Below, one piece after another: positions 52,781 through 64,000 of a stretch of 64,000 nt of DNA. This stretch comes from the human T2T-CHM13v2.0 reference genome, Homo sapiens: NCBI RefSeq assembly GCF_009914755.1, contig NC_060930.1; one strand, given 5' to 3'. A program made the translations under genes and the position numbers. Below the pieces are notes generated by a model. It was not told the DNA's origin. It saw nothing but the letters and a program-made list of their open reading frames with translations, and searched no databases. Every line of letters starts with the position of its first letter. The first letter of the stretch is position 1.

Positions 52781-54522
52781 TATAATTGCCTCACCTAATT
52801 CAACATTTGAATTTCTCCTTGCAGGAATTATGCCCCCCTGCTTTTTCCTTTCTGACCTCAGGTTCAAAAATATAAAAGTGTCATTGCAACATGCCTTAAT
52901 TTAAACTCTGGTAGGATATTGCAAGATCAGCTCAGCAATTTTCTCTCCCGGAAATTTCACCTTCTGTTGCTTTCTTGAAACATTATTTATTTATCCATTT
53001 ACCTGCTAATGCCAGCCACATGCTTAGGGCATCATGAAGACATCAAGAGAGAAGCCTAATTCTTCCTGCCTTGGTTATAGCTTGTAGGACAGATGGCATG
53101 GTATAGACGGCAGGTCCACAGACTGGATGGATGGCCTGATCTTCATTCCAAAGTAGAATGCAAGTCTTGGGATTTTGATTCAGTTATAACATACCATGGA
53201 TGAGTCTAAGTTTCTGTTATCAAGGAAGAAATGAGAGGCCTCTCAGGAAAATAGTTAAGCAAGGAGAAGGGAGAAAGTATCAATGGTGTCTAGGTATGGT
53301 GTGCCCAGACAAATAGGAAGAAGCACTCTTAATGTCATTTGACATTACACCTGTTCACAGTCAAGTTTCTTACTAAGGAATTAGTAATGTGAGAAGCTTC
53401 ATTTCTCAGCTAGAGGACTATCTACAACCTTCAGGCACCCTTCAGACTTCCAGCCATACCCTTTGCAAAGCAGCACTCTCCGTTGAAGTCAGATCTAAAA
53501 ATAGACTGTTTGGTGGAGGGAGGGCGGGGATAGGTACTCCAAGTTTGGTCTTTGAATTAGATCTAAGATGTAAGAAGCAAAGGAAGTAAAAAGGGCTGAT
53601 GGGCTTACTTTGAAGAATAGCTTGAATTATCTTCCAGATTTACATTAGGAATCCTAATTTTAGCTTACGCCTGTTTCTTACCTCCTATCTTGACTCCTAA
53701 TTGGTAATCCAAAGAGTTTTCTTTTATTCACCTTTAAGCTCCTACTGTTTCTTTATGTCCTGAGGAATCTACAGACAAATGGGACGTCATATTAAAAGCT
53801 GCGTAGCCAGTGATTCTGGGATATATTATGATCAATTTTGGTTCCCAAGGGTTCATCTCACATCAGTGGTTGTCCAAACTAACCTCAAGTCCTGGAAATG
53901 TATTGGTAAACTATTACTTGAGTATTATTATTTTACAAGCCACCTGCTATGCCTCAGAGTTAGATACTATTCAGAGACAGTGATCTTTCAATTCTCAGTG
54001 GTTTAATTTCTATCTGTGGGTACATATCCAAGAATAGAACCATTTTTCAAGAAAGACAATTAGTATGGATCATCAGGTTTTTATTTGTTTGTTGTGGGTT
54101 TTAAAAACTTATAATATTTTTAAATGGAGCTTTTGAAGGAAGTCTATTTCTATGAATTTTAACACGGACCTTTAGGTTTTGTCATTGGCAGTGCACAGGA
54201 GCTGACTCACTAGTGCCACCGTTGGCACATAATAAATAAGTGGATAAAATCTTTGGAAAGTTAAAATGTCCCCAATAGAACATGTAAATGTAGTAGAAGA
54301 TGATAAAAATAGAGACCTTAAGTTCTATGGAATAGATCTATATCATGTATGTTTCAGGATTTATTTGTAATAGAATTTCAGTAAATATTTGTTAAGCAGA
54401 CAATAATGTATGTTCGTAAGAGTGTAACAGAAAAAGATCACAGAGCAGAGTCTTTGTTTTCTTAAGTTACTACTACCCAGAAGAAATACACACATGAAAC
54501 ATTAGAAAATATATCAGAAAGG

Positions 54523-55309
54523 GGCCATAAGAGAAATGCAAATCAAAACCACAATGAGATACCATCTCACATCTCACACCAGTTAGAATGGCGATCATTA
54601 AAAAGTCAGGAAACAACAGGTGCTAGCGAGGATGTGAAGAAATAGGAACACTTTTACACTGTTGGTGGGACTGTAGACCCACAACCATTGTGGAAGACAG
54701 TGTGGCAATTCCTCAAGGATCTAGAACCTCAAGGATCTAGAATACCATTTGACCCAGCCATCCCACTACTGGGTATATACCCAAAGGATTATAAATCATG
54801 CTGCTATAAAGACACATGCTACGTATGTTTATTGCAGCAGTATTCACAATAGCAAAGACTTGGAACCAACCCAAATGTCCATCAGTGATAGACTGGATTA
54901 AGAAAATGTGGCACATATATACCATGGAATACTATGCAGCCATAAAAAAGGATGAGTTCATGTCCTTTGTAGGGACATGGATGGAGCTGGAAACCATCAT
55001 TCTGAGCAAACTATCGCAGGGACAGAAAACCAAACACCGCATGTTCTCACTCATAGGTGGGAATTGAACAATGAGAACATTTGGACACAAGATGGGGAAC
55101 ATCACACACTGGGGCCTGTCGTGGGGTTGGGGGAGTGGGGAGGGATAGCAATAGGAGATATACCTAATGTAAATGACGAGTAATGGGTGCAGCACACTAA
55201 CATGGCACATGTATACATATGTAACAAAGCTGTAGGTTGTGCACATGTACCCTAGAACTTAAAGTATAATAATAAAAAAATTAAAAATAAATCAAATATT
55301 TTTTAAAAA
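54523..55309 (+). mobile_element. L1PA (L1PA5-like) 5'-truncated insertion
   Basis: ORF2 C-terminus (ORF 54816-55067, MFIAAVFTIAKTWNQPKCPS...), 3'UTR and poly(A); perfect 19-bp TSD AGAAAATATATCAGAAAGG at 54504-54522 and 55310-55328. Confidence 0.93.
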
Positions 55310-55642
55310 AGAAAATATATCAGAAAGGATACAATTAAGTTCCCAAACCAAGAGAACAATGCATAAGGACTGTGAGAACTCAGAGGAAAAGTCAATGTGG
55401 GTCAAATTGAGGAAATTTCCCTGAGAAGGCAGGAATCGGGGGAAGTCTTCTAATATTATATTTGTGGATGAATAACCCCATTCCCTTCCCCTGGGCTCTG
55501 AGCAACTTAGAACAGATATCAAATTTATTCTTATACCAAAAGCTACCCTGACAGTTGGTTCCAGTCACCAGCCAAGAAGGTAGCAAGCCCTGGAGTAAAA
55601 TGCCTCAGAGAGGAATAGGCCCAACTTATTTATTACTTTAAA

Positions 55643-55832
55643 TCAGTTGGCAAAATGTAACCAGAGACAAGCAGCATTGCAGTCTCTGAGAGGCTTTTAA
55701 AATACAGATTCCTGAGCCCCAGCCCAGACCTACTGAGTGAAAATGTCTGGGGTGGAGCCCAGAAAGCAACAGCTTTCAAAGCTCCCAGAGTGGTTATCTG
55801 TGTAAGAGAATCAAGTTTAAAAACCAGACTAG
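55643..55832. mobile_element. MER5-type hAT MITE
   Basis: 'AAATACAGATTCCTGAGCCCCAGCCCAGACCTACTGA...TCTGGGGTGGAGCCCAG'. Confidence 0.75.
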
Positions 55833-56734
55833 ACAGAGCTGGGGGAGAATGGCAGAAATCTGATGTAGTCAAGAAGTAAATAAACATTTATATAGTCTTA
55901 TTGACAACTGAAGCACTGGCTTGTTTTGTGTTACTTTGTTATCTTCATTCCAAAGAAGCTTGGCATTGTCGAATGCCTTCTTTGAGGCCTCTGTATGTGG
56001 TTAAGGATAGAGTCATTCTCTGGCACCTCACTGTACTATGGCCTGTGATATCTGTGCTTCCCAACATGTTTGTCACACGACACAGAAGGCTTCACTTGGG
56101 ATGTTAGCTTATTATTTGGCATCTTTTCCTCTCCTGGTTCTTGGCAGGAACCATAATTCAAATTATGTCCTCTCTTATAATTGTGTTAGATATTACTGTG
56201 TCCAGCTGGGTCTACCTTATTATTATCTACCTAACTGAAGACAGCACTACCATGCCTTGAGAGGGTGACTATTTAGCTTCTGAAGCTTCCATACTGGGTA
56301 CAGATACTGCGCTACCCCAACAAAAGGTCCTCTATAAGGACTTTTGTGGTCCAAGCATAGATCGCTTTGTCTGTAAATGCAACAACAAGGGCAGGGAACA
56401 ACTTGGCCCGCAGCACAAGGGCAAGGCACCTCCGCAAAAACAGAATGCCGGGAAATGAACAAGAGAGGTTCTTAGCTATTATGAGCTTGTCAAAACCTCT
56501 GCTGGAAGAGTTGCCAAGTATTCCTCCTGACCTCCAAGACTGAAATAAGGACATGGAAGTAATAGAATTCAAACTTCTGCATTCTCTGGCTCCTAAAGAG
56601 TATAATACTACCTATAACTCAAGGACACTGCAGGGAGGAAGGAGGGCACAGACACAAAAACACCATTGATATTCTTATGCTCCAGCCAATGCTACTTCAT
56701 AGCTAAACCCTCCCTTTACAATGGAATTCTTCTT

Positions 56735-58140
56735 TTTGTAGCTTTCTTATTATGAAAAATTTCAATCTTATAGAAAAGTAGACAAAACAGTATAATGAAG
56801 ATCTATGTGGCACTACATCAGCTTCAACAAATTTCAACTCATGGCCAAGCTTATTTTATCCCTACCCTCACCATTTCTCCCTTCCTGTATTGTTTTGAAT
56901 CCAGTCTCAGATGTTATATCATTTTAATTTGTAACTATTTCAAATGTGTGTTTTTAAAAGAACTTAAAAATGACATGACAACAATGCCATGATCACATGT
57001 AAAATTAACAAGAATTTCAAATGTCCTGTCAATGTTCAAATTTCTAATTTTTACATATATGTATACAATTTTTTTATAGTTTTTTTTGGGTCAGAATGCA
57101 AATATGGTCTGCACATTACAGGTGGTTGATGTTTTTCTTAAGTTCTTTTAACCTATACATTTCTCTTATTTTTATTCATTTTTTTGTTGAAGAAATAATC
57201 ATTTGGCCTATATGATCAGTGCTTTAATGCACACATATCCCCTGGGAATTTGTTCTAATGCAGGTTTTGAGTCAGAAAGTCTGGGGTGGGCCTGAGATTC
57301 TGCATTTTAAAAAGCTCTCAGTCTATCTCAGGCAATGCTTTTGCTGCCATTCGACAGACCAAACTTTGAGTATCCAGCTTATAGCATATCCCACAATCTG
57401 GATTTTGCTGACTGAATCTTTCTAGTGTATTTTAACATGTTCCTCTGACCTTTACACTTCCCATATTGGTAGTTGAGTACAAAGACTTGATCAAATTTAG
57501 GTGCTTTTTTTTTTTCTTTTTGGAACCACATAAAACATAATGCTTGGTTGTCTCTTTCTTTGTAATGCTAGTAACTTGACCTTCAAGGCCTATTTTCACT
57601 AATTTATTGGGGGGTATAAAAATATTACCATAAAGACAAATTTCCCCTCATCTACCACCTACAGGTATAGTTCCTATAAGAATCCCAGAAAAAAAACTTA
57701 ATTATTTTCATTTACCAATTTTCAAAATAATAAGTTGGTTTACTAACATCTTCCAATGGTGACCAATTAGGGTTTGGATTTTTAAAAAATATTTCCCTGG
57801 TGGTGATTGTTGTTGTTGCTGTTATTTTAAAATTCATTACTAATTCATGGATTTAAACATATTTCTTGCATCTTAATCCATTTCACTTGTTACCTTCATG
57901 TGAAAGACTCTCCAGGTTGGCCACTGAGTCCTTTTGATACCACCCTAGTAGTCTTTGAGTGCCTCATTGCTATTTTGTGTAACAAGATATTTCAGGCTTA
58001 ACTTGTATATTACATTTCCTGACCCAGATCTGCAATCAGCCACTTCTCCAAAGACTATTATTGTTTCTTTTAGTGGAAATGTATTTAATGATGATAATCT
58101 GGGTTCTATGGTGCTTGTTGTCCCTAGGTTGGTATAATGG
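56735..58140 (-). mobile_element. L1MC-like 3' region containing a MER5A (about 57215-57375)
   Basis: Antisense L1MC tail 'TTATTATGAAAAATTTCAA...AGAAAAGTAGA' and 'AATCAGCCACTTCTCCAAAGA'; MER5 core 'GTCTGGGGTGGGCCTGAGATTCTGCATTTT'. Confidence 0.7.
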
Positions 58141-58339
58141 AAACTTTGTAACCACACAAGTACATGCTTTAATATTTTCAGTTAGAAATGCTGCATTGCT
58201 CATAAAATGCTGCTTTTCTACTGAACTTGATTTCAGAAAAATAATATAAATAAAAATGTTACTGATTTGTTTTATTAAATGTGCCATGCAAACAAAAACA
58301 TGATTTTTATGGTGAATACTTTATAATAAAAAGCCAGGA

Positions 58340-58620
58340 GAGACCTCGGAAAAATAACTTAACCTCTTCCACATCCAATTTCATGATCTGAAAAATACTT
58401 TTCTCACAGGGCTGTTAATAACAAAGCTATCATTTACCAAGCAGTTACTGCGAGCCAGACACTTTTTTTTCCAGTTAATCCTTATAGCAGTTATTTTCAA
58501 GTAAGTGGTGCTTGCCTCATTTTATAAATAGTAGACTTTCCCAAGGTGACACAGCCAGTTATGTGGCAGAGTCAGTACTTTAACAGGTCTCTCTGGCTCC
58601 ATGCTCTTAACCTTGAGTAT
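58340..58620. mobile_element. Two MIR fragments
   Basis: 'AACTTAACCTCTT...TTTCATGATCTGAAAAAT' and 'CCCAAGGTGACACAGCCAGTTATGTGGCAGAG'. Confidence 0.65.
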
Positions 58621-59481
58621 AGGGTGGTAATTACATGAGAGAATGAACGTATGGTGCCTCTGGCCCAATGCCTGACAAATGGTGTTCAATGGAAAATAAA
58701 TGTCAGGTAATAGAAGTGGCCTTGGTGGGTCTGTGCTTGGCATTTGGGATGGGAGATGGGAGAGCAGACGGGGAGAAGAGGCCAGCCAGCTTTCTGCTTT
58801 ACCAGGCTTCTGGCCCGTTGACACTCCATCTTGCTAATTTCCCATGTTGGTTCTAACCTATGTGTCCACCATGACAGATGCTCTCATGTCAGAGCTCAAG
58901 GTCAGCCCTCAAGAGTGCAGGCTGGCACCTTCTGTCATGTTGTCTCTTAAATCTACTCAGCAAGTGGCAGTAGTCTGGAGGCAAGTCTGCCTTGGCCTCT
59001 TCCCCTTACATCGTGCGTCATTAGCTGCTCCATGGCTCTTTGTTCAAAACAAAATTCACAAAACTGACAGATTCATCTGCTAATGTCGGGAGACATCAAA
59101 GCCAATTACAGGAAACTTCCAAAAGGCAAATAGGGTCACTTTTCACAAAATGGGATTAAGAAAAGGAAAATAGTCTTGTCATTAAAAAGGACAAATACAT
59201 TTTCCCCTCAGCAGGCTCACCCTAGGAAAATAGGGAGATTTATATGAATACATAGTTTCATTATGATTGCTTTGAAAAATTTCAAATCAAAGCATCCACC
59301 CCACGTATAGCCAAGCTATCATTAACCATTTTGAGCTAGTGAGCAGTATTTTTCACTGTAGGTGATATCTTCATGATGATGAAAATTTAGGTGTAAAGTG
59401 CAAAATTTTGGCAGTCATTCAAGATAGCAAATAATCACATACATTGTTTTAAATCACCTGGAAAGGAAACTAGTTGGCTGT

Positions 59482-59637
59482 TTTTTTACTGTTTTGTTTT
59501 GTTTTTGAGACAGGGTCTAGCTCTGCTGTCCAAGCTGGAGTGCAGTGACATGATCTCAGCTCACTGCAATCTCCACCTCCCAAGCTGAATGCATCCTCCC
59601 ACCTGAGCCTCCTGAGTATCCGGGACTATAGGCACAC
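59482..59637 (-). mobile_element. Partial Alu (right arm / FRAM-like)
   Basis: Antisense right monomer only. Confidence 0.8.
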
Positions 59638-59730
59638 TCATTTATTTCTTACAAACACTCAAGGAAGCAGGTCCACCTAGTAATACTGATGTATAGATGA
59701 GGGAAATCAAGGCTTAAAGTGACTGAATTG

Positions 59731-62099
<2,369 letters not shown>

Positions 62100-63531
62100 A
62101 AAGTGACAAAGTTGCACAACATTGTGCACACCATGGGTGGAATAACCTGGGTGACAGCCCACTGTGGAATGGCTCCACTGCCTTCCCTCATGGTGCACTG
62201 CCAGCAAGAAGATGTGGCTGCCATCATGCTCAACTGCACAGGACACCAGGCTTGATTTATCTGAGAAGGCTGCTTTCTGGAGCCTGGAAACATGGCAGCC
62301 CTGAGGGAGAGGCCCAACCTGGCAGACTCGCTGTGCAAATCAAAAGGCAGGAACTCTTGGGACTACTTTTCAGAGCAAGAACCGGCACATGTAGAAAACT
62401 GCAACAGGTGAAGCAAGATGGTCCTCAAGAGGAGTTGCTCAAAAACAGGCATCAACTAGACAGGATTTTGGGGTATAAATATGTACTTAGTTTAAATGGA
62501 TTACATTTTAGGAGGCTGACGGTATTTATGAAGAAATGTGTCTGTTAAAACTAGAAATATGGGACAAAAGTGTTGGTTTGTGTTGTATCTATTCTGTCTG
62601 CAATGATATCTGTGCATTTATGGATTTTTCCATAGTACTCAGCTTAACGTAAAAAATACCAGAACCTTATGCAATGATGATTCATTGTATTTGCTTTTAG
62701 ATATTTTTCCAAATCCATATTAGGCATTTCTTGAAAAAGGGCAATTGAGCAGATTTTAAAGGTCTTACATTGAGTAATTTGTCTCAATCACTATGCTAGG
62801 CAGTATAGGGTGGGCAAAAACAAAACAAAACAAAAAAGAATGAAAAGAAAAGTGCTGAGGAACTGGGAAGGGGTGGCAGAGAATTTGAGAAGGCTTCATG
62901 TGGGAGGTAACATTTAGACTGGATCTTGAAGGATGAGTAGGAGCTTTAATGAGTTGGGTGAGAGGGGAACAAAATGAGAACGAACACAAAGTTTCTTCTC
63001 TTGTCTTTCTTTCCACCCTTCTGTGCAGTTTCCTCTTTGAAGTCTTGCATGTAGTGTGCAATATGTGTGGAATCATTAATAGTAGAAAGATTGAGGTTCA
63101 GAGCCACTAACCCAATTCCTACGTGCCACACAGTAAGAGGCAGCCTGTGGCTAAACTCAGGTCCGTTTGTTACTAAGCCAAAATATCAAAGGGCTGCCTT
63201 TTATACTTTTCCCAATCTCACTCTCTGGATCTAATAATAAAAATAAATGAAAGAAGACAAGATAAAATTTATTTATCTTTTCTGTATTTCATCCTTCACT
63301 CAGGTTTGCATTATGAAGAGCAGCTGATTGCAATCGTTCTCATGAACAATTTAGATTTTCTTTTTTATATAATTAGGACATTAATTTTGTTCACTTTTCA
63401 TACTAAAAGTTCATACTAAAAGTTTAGGATTTAAACTCTAAATCCTAATACTATATTTTAGCTTTTAAAGTAAGTAATTATATGTCCATCATAAGTCATA
63501 CTTATTTTCAAATTCACTGATAAGTAAAACA

Positions 63532-63998
<467 letters not shown>

Positions 63999-64000
63999 AA

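Noticed and set aside
54737-55246. ORFs with real protein similarity (also 59888-60170 and 61508-61690)
   Set aside because: Fragments of L1 ORF2 or its antisense, not host genes
63397-63425. 13-bp tandem duplication TTCATACTAAAAG (similar short ones near 5400, 22110 and 36100)
   Set aside because: Ordinary slippage-scale duplications with no further structure

Overview
Primate (human-like) genomic DNA. It is AT-rich, CpG-depleted, has no CpG island, and roughly half of it is recognisable interspersed repeat: about 15 Alu/FLAM copies, L1 fragments from ancient L1M to L1PA3, L2/MIR/CR1 relics, MLT/MER LTRs, and Tigger/MER DNA transposons. The largest structure is a 6.7-kb non-autonomous ERV1 provirus (MER57-type LTRs, tRNA-Leu PBS, PPT, integrase-tail and env-TM remnants) on the minus strand, nested in a 5'-inverted L1MA. 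I cannot identify any protein-coding gene. Most listed ORFs come from Alu, L1 or simple repeats, or are chance length. The best non-repeat signals are a strong RFX X-box with local CpG retention at about 50.55 kb, two TF-motif clusters (7.1 kb and 59.0 kb), and minus-strand exon-like segments at 10-21 kb that could belong to a lncRNA or a decayed gene (unproven). The most unusual structural signals are a 45-bp templated insertion inside an L1, a double U5 terminus on only one ERV LTR, two twin-primed L1s, and a perfect 15-bp inverted repeat. Repeat subfamily names come from remembered consensus sequences and many boundaries are approximate; they need RepeatMasker/Dfam confirmation. I found no convincing new biological system.
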